DNA from: a virus
Lineage: Duplodnaviria; Caudoviricetes
Virus record (IMG/VR): IMGVR_UViG_3300009183_000263
Location: 1 to 30,079 of that record
Direction: 5' to 3' (one strand)
Length of the DNA stretch: 30,079 bases
The translations under genes were made by a program, and so were the position numbers. Below the pieces are notes generated by a model that was not told the origin of the DNA, made no database searches, and worked only from the letters and a program-made list of their open reading frames with translations. Below, piece by piece: positions 10,413-19,085 of the stretch. Each line of letters begins with the position of its first letter. Position 1 is the first letter of the stretch.

Positions 10413-10892
10413 TTAATTATTAAAGATATAGCCACTGTTAGCTAATGATCCAAACATAGATATGTTATGTATATTTAGGGCTGGTATATTATAGTATATA
10501 TGAATATCAAATTCATTAACGTCTTCTAAAATTATGATATGCACATTAGTAACTTTAACTCGTGGCTCAAATCTAGAAATTTGCGTATATATTTCATTTC
10601 TTAGAAGTTCTCCGATGTCACGGGTTGCTGGTATGAATAAAAATTTCCTAAAATCCAATCCGTATTCAGGATTTAGTATTTTATCTCCGGGTGCTGTGGT
10701 AAATAAATTTCTAAGAGAATTTTTTATCGCATCAATATCATAATCGACTTTAAAATCATTAATTTCTCTTTTTCTGTGTAATTCGGAATTAATACCATAA
10801 TTTTCCTCCAAATCCATATGGAGATCAGCGTAGAAATAAGAATTGTTCTTCATTTCACTCTGAGGAAGATTATTTAATACTATTTTTCCCAT
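10413..10892 (-). CDS. Baseplate wedge subunit, T4 gp25-like
   Basis: YADLHMD...DIDAIKNSLRNLFTTAPGDKILNPEYG...ISRFEPRVKV; adjacent to gp6. Confidence 0.92.
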   Translation of the reverse strand: MGKIVLNNLPQSEMKNNSYFYADLHMDLEENYGINSELHRKREINDFKVDYDIDAIKNSLRNLFTTAPGDKILNPEYGLDFRKFLFIPATRDIGELLRNEIYTQISRFEPRVKVTNVHIIILEDVNEFDIHIYYNIPALNIHNISMFGSLANSGYIFNN

Positions 10893-10897
10893 TAAAA

Positions 10898-10919
10898 TAT
10901 TTAACAGAATGACTAAATA
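10898..10919. promoter_or_regulatory. Back-to-back divergent late promoters
   Basis: TAAATA on the minus strand at 10898-10903 (5 nt before ATG 10892) and on the plus strand at 10914-10919 (5 nt before ATG 10925). Confidence 0.75.
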
Positions 10920-10924
10920 TTGTT

Positions 10925-11503
10925 ATGGAAAAGAAGTTTATTAAACTTATGGAATCAAATATCACCAGATCAACCCGAGGAGGATTTCTAGTAGGTGATT
11001 ATGTTGAATTTCTTAAAAATTATAAATCCAAACGACAATACAAAGATCTGAATGATTCTATGAAAGATGCAGTCGATCATTTAGCAAATACCGAACTACA
11101 TGTTCGTGTAGTTGGTGTGAACGATACCAAGTCTACTCGTTTTCAAGGAAATCCTGATGAAATGACTGGAAATGTCGTATTATCTCTTGCAGAAGATCAA
11201 GGAGGAGGTCGTATATACCATAATGTTCTAGTTCCTTCTAGTTTATGCAAAGTAAAGGACTTTTATCCTAATTATGCTCCATTACCAGCCGTATGGTCAT
11301 ACGATAACAAAGAAATTCACAAACCAATTGAAGTAAAACAAGTAGATAGTGGTTCTTCAGGCATTGATTACGCTTTGCCTACCAAAGACACAAAAATTAA
11401 ACCTTCTTCTACCTCTAAAAAGAAGAAAAAGAAGGTTAGTGTTAAGATTAACAAAGAATCTTATACCGCTGGTTATCTATCAGGAATGGAATATCTTCGA
11501 TAA
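10925..11503 (+). CDS. Hypothetical late protein, possibly virion-associated
   Basis: 192-aa ORF filling the gap, with a late promoter; GGFLVGDYVEF beta-barrel-like start and a Lys-rich C-terminal part. Confidence 0.6.
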   Translation: MEKKFIKLMESNITRSTRGGFLVGDYVEFLKNYKSKRQYKDLNDSMKDAVDHLANTELHVRVVGVNDTKSTRFQGNPDEMTGNVVLSLAEDQGGGRIYHNVLVPSSLCKVKDFYPNYAPLPAVWSYDNKEIHKPIEVKQVDSGSSGIDYALPTKDTKIKPSSTSKKKKKKVSVKINKESYTAGYLSGMEYLR

Positions 11504-12859
11504 GGCAACCATTGCCACAAAGGCATTGATTTCTATGTCCATAACAGAAGAATGACGGTCCATATGGTGTCCTAATACCATAATTGACTCTTTTTTCTTC
11601 ATGGAATCAATAGTTTCGTTATAAATTAAGTTCAATAATGCTTTTAGTAGACTATGATAGTCAGATTGAAACACGCTTTCGTTCTTAATTACGAATTCTC
11701 TGAATTCTATACTATCTTCTTTTAGAATTTTAGTGTAAATTTCACGAATAAACTCATCTGGTAGTGATGAATTTCGTATATTAAGTGTTCCTGATAAAGA
11801 ATACTTCTGTAATTCATTCAGAATCTTTCGGAAATCGGGAAAATTTGATTTAATTAATGATTGGAATGATACAAACTGGTCTTTTGGTATAATAATACCT
11901 TCTTTATTAAGAATTTTAACACAATGTTTAGCAACATCACTAATGTTGTGACTGAAACTAAGTGTTTGGCATCTACTTTGAATTGCTGGAATGATTTTAT
12001 GCTTATAATTCGCAGTCAAAATGAATCTGGTGTTGTCTGCATACTCTTCCATAACATTGCGTAACGCTCTCATACCTTCTACTGTAACCCCATCACAATT
12101 AGAAGTTAATACTTGCTTCTTTCCCACAAAGAAGTTGTGGGTTTCATCAACGCTGAGATCATATACATGAGCCTTTTTATCAAGTTTAGTAATTTTTTTA
12201 ATTTTTAATGTATTTATGACATTAAATTCATTTACTGTAACTATTTCATCAATTCCTTCATTAATAATATCTATTAACTTTTTTCTAATAGGAATATTTG
12301 ATTCGGGACTGCTAACATACCATTTGTGTTCAGCGGTACAACACACAATTTCTCCATTTTCGAATTCAACTTCATATACATCTTGTATATTTTTATCTAT
12401 TTTATAAAATGGTCTCCATTCAATTCTATTTTTGGAAAAATTGAATGTTTTTACTAAATCATTGCATTCGTCTACATCTTTGATTCTTATTTGTTGCTCT
12501 GTGCCATTTCTAAGAACTGATATAAGAGTATCTTCATGTAGACATTCATCTAATATCACAACTTTAATACCACCATCAAATGACTTGGTTTGCGCATATC
12601 CGATGATCTTATGTCTGATGGTATCAATGCCGTTTTCATCAGATGCATTGATATAAAGGTAATCACATTTCAGAATATCATTAACAATGATCTTAGCTAC
12701 TGAAGTTTTACCACTTCCGGGGGTTGAAGTGAATAATAAGTGAGGAATATCATGATTTTTCTTAAAAACTTCTAGAATTTCTCTTGTCTCATCCGAGATA
12801 CAAAGACTTTCGAGAGTTTTTGGTCTGTGTTTTTCACACCAAAGTTGATTAAAATCCAT
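11480..12859 (-). CDS. Sliding clamp loader ATPase subunit (T4 gp44/RFC small subunit-like) interrupted by an intein
   Basis: WCEKHRPKTL, Walker A STPGSGKT, INASDENGIDTIR, Walker B VILDE|CD, ALRNVMEEY, FILTANY and the SRC motif IQSRC. Confidence 0.93.
   Translation of the reverse strand: MDFNQLWCEKHRPKTLESLCISDETREILEVFKKNHDIPHLLFTSTPGSGKTSVAKIIVNDILKCDYLYINASDENGIDTIRHKIIGYAQTKSFDGGIKVVILDECLHEDTLISVLRNGTEQQIRIKDVDECNDLVKTFNFSKNRIEWRPFYKIDKNIQDVYEVEFENGEIVCCTAEHKWYVSSPESNIPIRKKLIDIINEGIDEIVTVNEFNVINTLKIKKITKLDKKAHVYDLSVDETHNFFVGKKQVLTSNCDGVTVEGMRALRNVMEEYADNTRFILTANYKHKIIPAIQSRCQTLSFSHNISDVAKHCVKILNKEGIIIPKDQFVSFQSLIKSNFPDFRKILNELQKYSLSGTLNIRNSSLPDEFIREIYTKILKEDSIEFREFVIKNESVFQSDYHSLLKALLNLIYNETIDSMKKKESIMVLGHHMDRHSSVMDIEINAFVAMVALSKIFHS
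12098..12544 (-). mobile_element. Mini-intein (149 aa, no homing endonuclease) in the clamp loader Walker B motif
   Basis: Block A CLHEDTLI, block B CTAEHKW, block F VYDLSVDETHNFF, block G VLTSN followed by Cys+1. Removing it restores VILDECDG and a 310-aa protein. Confidence 0.93.
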
Positions 12860-12867
12860 AATATGCC

Positions 12868-13335
12868 TTATCGACCACTAGAACCAAACCCTTTATCACC
12901 TCTATTGGTTTCGTCTTTCTGTTCTGTCCAACAAATCTCGGGTTCGATCAATTTATACACAACAAGTTGAGCAATTCTGTCTCCTTTTTTGACATTATAT
13001 GATACATCCGTATTGTTTATCAATGCTATCGCCAAATTTCCACGGTACGCACAGTCCAGTACCCCAAAAAAAGCGGTAATACCGTGTTTGAAGAACATTC
13101 CAGACCTAGATTCAATACGAATCCAATATCCGGGCTGAATAAACCCAATATCCAATCCAATTGGAACTTTCATTGTTCCATGGGCTGGAATTAGTGTATC
13201 TTCTACAGCATAAATATCATAACCAGTATCGCCTGTGAGGTGTTCTTTGTTATTTCTTTCGGGAAGACGAGCATCTTCGTGTGTTTTTACAAAACAAATC
13301 TTAATTTGTGGAAATGGTGAATTAGTGAACGGCAT
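12868..13335 (-). CDS. dut: Trimeric dUTPase
   Basis: All five motifs are present: DTGYDIY, ESRSG, GVLDCAYRG, GDRIAQL and RGDKGFGSSG. Start MPFTNS at 13335 is preferred because the longer ORF overlaps the divergent gene. Confidence 0.95.
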   Translation of the reverse strand: MPFTNSPFPQIKICFVKTHEDARLPERNNKEHLTGDTGYDIYAVEDTLIPAHGTMKVPIGLDIGFIQPGYWIRIESRSGMFFKHGITAFFGVLDCAYRGNLAIALINNTDVSYNVKKGDRIAQLVVYKLIEPEICWTEQKDETNRGDKGFGSSGR

Positions 13336-13342
13336 AATTGGA

Positions 13343-13371
13343 ACTATATGTTGGTGGATACTGGAAAGCAA
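13343..13371 (-). promoter_or_regulatory. Sigma70-type (early/middle) promoter for the dUTPase-clamp loader pair
   Basis: TTGCTT (13371-13366) - 17 nt - TATAGT (13348-13343), then 7 nt to the ATG at 13335. Confidence 0.7.
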
Positions 13372-13383
13372 GGAAAAATTGTC

Positions 13384-13389
13384 TAAATA
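13384..13389 (+). promoter_or_regulatory. Late promoter core TAAATA
   Basis: 5 nt upstream of the ATG at 13395. Confidence 0.7.
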
Positions 13390-13394
13390 TCTGT

Positions 13395-13853
13395 ATGTCC
13401 GATGATACAGAACTAGATGATACCGTGAATTCTCTCTTAAATCAATTGAAATCCGTACCAACTGTTGCTAAAAAAACACATGATCCTTCTAATTCGGACT
13501 ATACTTCGGAAAATTTAGAAAAATTCGTAATTCAATACGCAAGTAGACTAGTAGAAAACGCAATGGAATCAGTTGAATACATAAAAGATAATGTTCAAGC
13601 AGCGCCCACAGCAGAAGATGTTATATCTTTATCGGAATTAATCAAATCAACATCAAGTTCCATAGAAATTCTTAATAAGATCGTCATCAATAAAGAAAAA
13701 TTGAAGAATTCCGTTAAGATTAAACAAATGGATATTGAAAACAAACGAGAAGAACTAGAAGTTAAAACAACTACGTTTCTTGCCACAAGAGAAGAAGTAT
13801 TAAAACAACTAATAAACAAAGCTAAAGTTATCGATATAACTCCCACTGCTTAA
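13395..13853 (+). CDS. Putative terminase small subunit (T4 gp16-like)
   Basis: Two long helices LVENAMESVEYI...SLSELIKSTSSSIEIL and C-terminal TTTFLATREEVLKQL resemble the gp16 pattern (..LIKS....L.. and FVGST.EL.K.L). 152 aa, with a late promoter. Confidence 0.55.
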   Translation: MSDDTELDDTVNSLLNQLKSVPTVAKKTHDPSNSDYTSENLEKFVIQYASRLVENAMESVEYIKDNVQAAPTAEDVISLSELIKSTSSSIEILNKIVINKEKLKNSVKIKQMDIENKREELEVKTTTFLATREEVLKQLINKAKVIDITPTA

Positions 13854-15673
13854 CAACCGGGATTATTTACTACAGATGCTTTTATTGGATCATCTGTAGA
13901 CCATTTAACATATTTTATATATTCCGAATCCATTTTTATTACGTATGGTTTGAATTTCGCCATCCCAAATTTTTTAACACGCTCCCAATCTGTTCTACAT
14001 GTAAACATAGGCGCAAATTGTGATGCTTCTTGTGGATTCCACTTTGCCAATGGTTCTCTTGTGTCAGCAACTTGAATAGTCATTTTCAAATTACTAGCTC
14101 CTTTTCTAAATGCTGCCAACATTTTACTTCCTGTTTTAGAAGGCAAGAATTCATCAATCAAAAATTTAAAATTACCTCCCTTATGAATAAGATTCGGTTC
14201 GGATTTATCACCCACTTGTCGTCTTTCAACCCAAGTATTACCTGATTTGTCTGTGCATGTAATAATAAGCACATCACCTACTTTAACCATGCCGCTTTTT
14301 ATAGTTACTGGATCAACTGCGATGGTTTTTAGCGGTATGATCATATTTTCCGCACTTCCTAATCCAATTTCTGATCCAGTATCAGGACATTCATCCATAG
14401 CATATCCATATGCGGTGACTTTTACTTCGCCATATCCGAATTCATATACTTTTCCATTGGTTGGTATGTTGCCCAATCCTGCTCCGGCTACATTGGTTTC
14501 ACCTGCTGTTATATTCGTTCCTCCTCCAGCGGTTACTACGGATTCTAATCCTTTAGATGGACCACTATAGGTATCATATTTAGGAGCTTTTGGTGAATCA
14601 TCGTAACTTCTGTAGTTATTATCGGTGGGGACATCTAATGCATTTACATATGTATTCTCTGTTACATATTGTGCTGGTGCTGGTGCTCCTAATATATCAA
14701 TCAATGACATTACATTTCCGTTTTTAACCCCTATGTATTTTCTTTTAGAGTAAGAAGCATTCATGGTGGGATCATATGGATTGTATCTTTGAGCATATTC
14801 AAACATTCTAAAACAATCTCCTAATTGATTTTGTATTTTTGATTGTATTTGTGAATGAATGCTTGAGGTTGTAAAATAAGCTTGTGTGTCTCCTGTTAAT
14901 GGTAATCTTTCAAATGTATTATCGGGTGTGAGTCCTTGTGCTGCTTTGTCTTTTACTCGTTGTCTGTCTTCATCAGAAAAAAATGGTTTCACGCCATCTT
15001 TATAAAGATCTTGTGATAATATTTTCAATTTAAAAAATTCGTTTTTGAATGCTGGTTTGATTTTATTCATTATTCCAGTGGCAATATTTGTCGGCGCATG
15101 TAATGCATCGCTTCCAACATCACAGAGAATTGATGCGCTATCGCTTAATGCTCTTCCAAAGTCTGCTAGCGTTCCAATGCTTGATGATGTAGGCTTGAAA
15201 TAATTACAAGGAGCTTTACATGTTTTAAGCATTGATGCTACTTTATTGAGAAAGTTTTTATCTTTATCAATTTCTTTATGATTCGTAATGAATGTGGTAG
15301 GTTTATGATTCGTAATGAATGTGGTAGGTTCGTATACGGATGTTATTTGTTTTGCCGCTTCGAATGCATTTCCTAATTCATTTTTAACCATCGTACTGTA
15401 GTATTCCGGATAAACATTTACTTTATGAACGAAAAATTTTAATGTCTGTACATCTAAATCAGGTCCATATATAACAAATTTTTTAACAAAATTTCTTAAA
15501 GCATTTAATGGATTAGATGATCGTTTTACTGCTTTCCAATCATACATCAATTCGACTTCTTGTGGAAACCCGCTTACGAATTCACAAAAGGTTGTATTCT
15601 TTTCTAGAAATTGTGGATTAGGACCAATAGATATAGCTTCTAAAAATTCTGGAAATGTATTTCGGTAAAACAT
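13850..15673 (-). CDS. Baseplate-associated protein with a C-terminal 3D (MltA-like double-psi beta-barrel) domain; putative muralytic enzyme
   Basis: VKVTAYG...IAVDP...KVGDVL...VGDKS...LIDEF matches the 3D-domain pattern. Directly downstream of the hub-like gene. Confidence 0.6.
   Translation of the reverse strand: MFYRNTFPEFLEAISIGPNPQFLEKNTTFCEFVSGFPQEVELMYDWKAVKRSSNPLNALRNFVKKFVIYGPDLDVQTLKFFVHKVNVYPEYYSTMVKNELGNAFEAAKQITSVYEPTTFITNHKPTTFITNHKEIDKDKNFLNKVASMLKTCKAPCNYFKPTSSSIGTLADFGRALSDSASILCDVGSDALHAPTNIATGIMNKIKPAFKNEFFKLKILSQDLYKDGVKPFFSDEDRQRVKDKAAQGLTPDNTFERLPLTGDTQAYFTTSSIHSQIQSKIQNQLGDCFRMFEYAQRYNPYDPTMNASYSKRKYIGVKNGNVMSLIDILGAPAPAQYVTENTYVNALDVPTDNNYRSYDDSPKAPKYDTYSGPSKGLESVVTAGGGTNITAGETNVAGAGLGNIPTNGKVYEFGYGEVKVTAYGYAMDECPDTGSEIGLGSAENMIIPLKTIAVDPVTIKSGMVKVGDVLIITCTDKSGNTWVERRQVGDKSEPNLIHKGGNFKFLIDEFLPSKTGSKMLAAFRKGASNLKMTIQVADTREPLAKWNPQEASQFAPMFTCRTDWERVKKFGMAKFKPYVIKMDSEYIKYVKWSTDDPIKASVVNNPGC
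15275..15328. repeat. Perfect 27-bp in-frame tandem duplication
   Basis: tttatgattcgtaatgaatgtggtagg x2, encoding PTTFITNHK PTTFITNHK. Confidence 0.97.
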
Positions 15674-15676
15674 ATT

Positions 15677-17227
15677 TTAAACTCCTTGCTTTAGAAAATC
15701 ATCTAATTTCATTCCGTTTTCTTCTCCATCTACCAATCTGTATGGTTTTATGGTTTCTATTTCATTATGATACTTATCAAATTCAAATGTGTGCTTTACG
15801 GATGTAATCAAATGTCTTCCTAATGTATTTAGATCCCATTTCGTAGCAACAAACTTTCCGTTTTTATTTTCTGCGGCTTTTATTACATCAATAAATGATA
15901 AACTTTTTCTATGTGTTTTGCCTATTAAATTGAATTTGTATATATTATTCAGATACAATAAAGATGACATCTTTTGATTCAGAAATTTCTTTTCATCTAG
16001 TACTGGAGGTAATACTCCTTTGAATGTATTATAATTATTTTTCTTATTTGGATTTGGATAGAAATTAGGAAAAACTTCGTACTTCTGACTTCCACTGGTT
16101 GTGAAATCGTCTTTGAATGGTTTTACAAACAAATCATAAAATGTTTGCATGAATGTTTCGCTGTTTAATGTAGTCAAATCAAATATCATTGATTTGCATC
16201 CTTTGGAATTTGATAAAATCCCCGAGTTGCCTGACAAATTTACATTGTATTTACAGGTTGGTGGTTCGTTATAAAATTGATTTATCTTGGATTCATCAAA
16301 TGTAATTGGAAATGTTTCCCAGTTTACTGCGGATGTTTCGGTTTTGTTATTCTGTTCATCTCCAAACGAAGATTGACTTGGTGACGGAAATTTTAATGTT
16401 TCGATTACGTAATTTTTATTATCACTGAACAATCTCTGAAGAGAAATTAATAAAAACTTCTTTTGGTATCTATCGAATTGTAATACACACGGAGACTTTT
16501 TATAAGAATGAAACGAAAGTACATAGTTTAATACATCGGCATACGACATTACTCCGTATGGATTTAATGTTATTACCACGTCACCTTCTGCATCGAATAT
16601 CTTTTGATTAGTCTTTGAATCTGTATAGAATAAATCTTCAGAAGGTTTATTATCATTATACACAGCATACAATATGGCTTTAATAACCTCGCCTGTTTGC
16701 TTTCCGTTACCACCATTAGTTTCCATGTAATTACCAGCTAATGCTCCGGCTTTTTGCAAACCAAATATATTACATATATTCTCAGACAACATATATTGAG
16801 CATATTCAACCAATGTCATTTTTTTACAAACTGATCCATTATGAATAATATCAACACATTCTATAACTACGAATTGAAATTTAAGTCCTAAATGTTCTTT
16901 GTTTTTTTCGTCTTCCGAATCTTTATCAAAATTACCAGTAGAAGATGGTATGATTTCTATATCAATGATATCTCTTCCATTTCCGAGAAATACATAAGGA
17001 CTGGGAGATTTTTCAATTACTGATTGATCATTAGCCAATATCATAGTCGCACTATGAAATGGATTGAAAATGTTATCTTCGATACACAGATAAATCAAAG
17101 AATTCCTTTGCAAGAAAACCACGTTTCCTTGATTATTATACATAATAAGACTAAAATAGAATTCCTCATTTCCATATTTTGCATAGAAATGTTTTTGATT
17201 ATTACTGTTTGTAACTTCAGAAGCCAT
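15677..17227 (-). CDS. Putative baseplate hub protein (gp27/gpD-like)
   Basis: N-terminal IEDNIFNPFHSATMILAND and C-terminal GRHLITSVKHTF...YHNEIETIK resemble hub proteins; located after gp53. Confidence 0.6.
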   Translation of the reverse strand: MASEVTNSNNQKHFYAKYGNEEFYFSLIMYNNQGNVVFLQRNSLIYLCIEDNIFNPFHSATMILANDQSVIEKSPSPYVFLGNGRDIIDIEIIPSSTGNFDKDSEDEKNKEHLGLKFQFVVIECVDIIHNGSVCKKMTLVEYAQYMLSENICNIFGLQKAGALAGNYMETNGGNGKQTGEVIKAILYAVYNDNKPSEDLFYTDSKTNQKIFDAEGDVVITLNPYGVMSYADVLNYVLSFHSYKKSPCVLQFDRYQKKFLLISLQRLFSDNKNYVIETLKFPSPSQSSFGDEQNNKTETSAVNWETFPITFDESKINQFYNEPPTCKYNVNLSGNSGILSNSKGCKSMIFDLTTLNSETFMQTFYDLFVKPFKDDFTTSGSQKYEVFPNFYPNPNKKNNYNTFKGVLPPVLDEKKFLNQKMSSLLYLNNIYKFNLIGKTHRKSLSFIDVIKAAENKNGKFVATKWDLNTLGRHLITSVKHTFEFDKYHNEIETIKPYRLVDGEENGMKLDDFLKQGV

Positions 17228-17228
17228 T

Positions 17229-17579
17229 TTATATTTTATTCTTTAATGAATTGAGAATAGTGTCTATATAATCTAATTTAATTATCTTTATAATAGAACC
17301 CGCTTGTAATAATTTAACTGGATTTTTGATATTATTCACTGTCATTATCAACCACCACAGATGTTGCGTTTTGTATAAATTATAACTCAATGTGGTTAAA
17401 GGAATTGATGCTTCCACCGATATATAGTCAAATACATTATCATTAAGATTTGATGGCAACACCACTTTGCTCAGAATATTATAAAATGCATACGTATCAC
17501 CATTATCCGTATCAAATTTATACATGTTGAAGATATTCTCATATCTTTCTGGATCATTTATTACGATTATCTTTTCCAT
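17229..17579 (-). CDS. Baseplate wedge protein gp53-like (LysM-like)
   Basis: TTLSYNLYKTQHLWWLIMTVNNIKNP...GSIIKI. Start MEKII is 1 nt after the upstream stop. Confidence 0.85.
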   Translation of the reverse strand: MEKIIVINDPERYENIFNMYKFDTDNGDTYAFYNILSKVVLPSNLNDNVFDYISVEASIPLTTLSYNLYKTQHLWWLIMTVNNIKNPVKLLQAGSIIKIIKLDYIDTILNSLKNKI

Positions 17580-17580
17580 A

Positions 17581-19065
17581 TTAATGCACACCTCCTAAAT
17601 TACCATACGCATTTGGAGAAATAGCCGTATGTGTAATTGGTCTATCTGGTGGGAATGATTGTTTGGGTTCTGGTATTGGTGGTCCTAGTACTTCTGGTGA
17701 TTTTTGTGCTACTGGTGCATCTGCTGTGGATTTTGATATATTAAAATCAGGAGGATTGGAAAAACTTTGAGCAGTTCCGTATCGCTTTGATACATCAATT
17801 CCTGCTGATCCCATTTCAGGTATAAAAAAGTTATTAACTTCGGAAGTTAGTGATTTAAATTCAATATGAACTTTGTATGCATCAGGTATAATAACATCTC
17901 GTCCGTTTGCTTTTAGTATTCTTCTAGTTCCTTCGAATGTTACTTGAAGATTACTAATATAAGTATATGGGTAAAAACCTCTTCCGGGCATAGTAAGTTC
18001 GTATACACATGGAGGATCAACTAGTAAACGATCAAATCTATGCGGAGTGTTTTGAATTATTAGTTTTGTTATTAAATCCAAGTTTTTGATGAACGAATTT
18101 TCTGTTATCGTATTATATAAAAAGAAATCAACACTGGCTGTATATTCCGAATCACCAAATTTATAAAATTGTGGTCGTTGTATATACATTCCGGGTTCTG
18201 TCAATGAAGCAACATTCAGCAAATTTGCTGCTTTTGTTATAGTCTCTGATAAATTTTTGAAAACTCCCTGATATGCGGTTTCTGGATTGAAGGCATCATT
18301 GTATGAATTGTTTATACCAAAAAATGCGTTATCAAAATAAGGGAATTTATATGTTCTTCCTGTGGATTTTCTAATGTATAAATACGCATACATATCTTTT
18401 AGATCTGCTGCATTATTAAACCTCGACCATTCATCTGCGGTTTTGTCCACGGATTTAACTTGATCAACAGCCCATGTTGCAAATGATTTCGCATTGTCTG
18501 TTATTTTTCCGGCAAGATTGGGTGTGTTGCTTTGTATAAAGTCTGCAAATTTATTATCTTTGAACGCTCCTTGTATTTTTTGTGCAAATGAATCAGGCAC
18601 TAATTGTGATTGTGCTTTGATAACATCAGGAAACAACAAAGCCGATGACATCAATGATGTCATATAAGAATTCCCTGCTAATTTAAATTCCTTTATTTGT
18701 ACATACGGAATTTCATTTGCTTGGCTTTTTTTGTTTATGGAATAAGTCCAATCATAATTTTCTATGATATTAATAACCTCATCCACTTGAGTTTTTGGTG
18801 TAGATGGTTTTATGTTTTCCGGAACCCCTTTATTGTTGTTTACTTGTTGTGATGTTTCTTGTTCTTCGGTATACGGAGTTACATCTGCCTTTTTTTCTGG
18901 AACTTCTGGTGGTTGTACTGGAGGTGGAGCTGGAGGTTCAGGTGGTTTTTGAGCTTTTGCCTCTTCAGCATCATATATCTTGTCCCATCTAAGCAATTGA
19001 AGATCCGCAGTAGCTGGATCACTACTGAGATTAACGGCTCTTCCTCTGTATTCTATAGTAGGCAT
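17581..19065 (-). CDS. Putative baseplate tail-tube cap/initiator (gp48-like) with Pro-rich extensions
   Basis: Between tape measure and gp53; PPCVYELTMPG...YISNLQVTF...HIEFKSL tube-fold pattern. Confidence 0.55.
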   Translation of the reverse strand: MPTIEYRGRAVNLSSDPATADLQLLRWDKIYDAEEAKAQKPPEPPAPPPVQPPEVPEKKADVTPYTEEQETSQQVNNNKGVPENIKPSTPKTQVDEVINIIENYDWTYSINKKSQANEIPYVQIKEFKLAGNSYMTSLMSSALLFPDVIKAQSQLVPDSFAQKIQGAFKDNKFADFIQSNTPNLAGKITDNAKSFATWAVDQVKSVDKTADEWSRFNNAADLKDMYAYLYIRKSTGRTYKFPYFDNAFFGINNSYNDAFNPETAYQGVFKNLSETITKAANLLNVASLTEPGMYIQRPQFYKFGDSEYTASVDFFLYNTITENSFIKNLDLITKLIIQNTPHRFDRLLVDPPCVYELTMPGRGFYPYTYISNLQVTFEGTRRILKANGRDVIIPDAYKVHIEFKSLTSEVNNFFIPEMGSAGIDVSKRYGTAQSFSNPPDFNISKSTADAPVAQKSPEVLGPPIPEPKQSFPPDRPITHTAISPNAYGNLGGVH

Positions 19066-19085
19066 ATTGTATTATTTTTAAATAT

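Noticed and set aside
13336-13461. Apparent overlapping divergent ORFs (dUTPase from 13461 and plus-strand ORF from 13338)
   Set aside because: Better starts at 13335 and 13395 remove the overlap and leave a 59-nt region containing both promoters.
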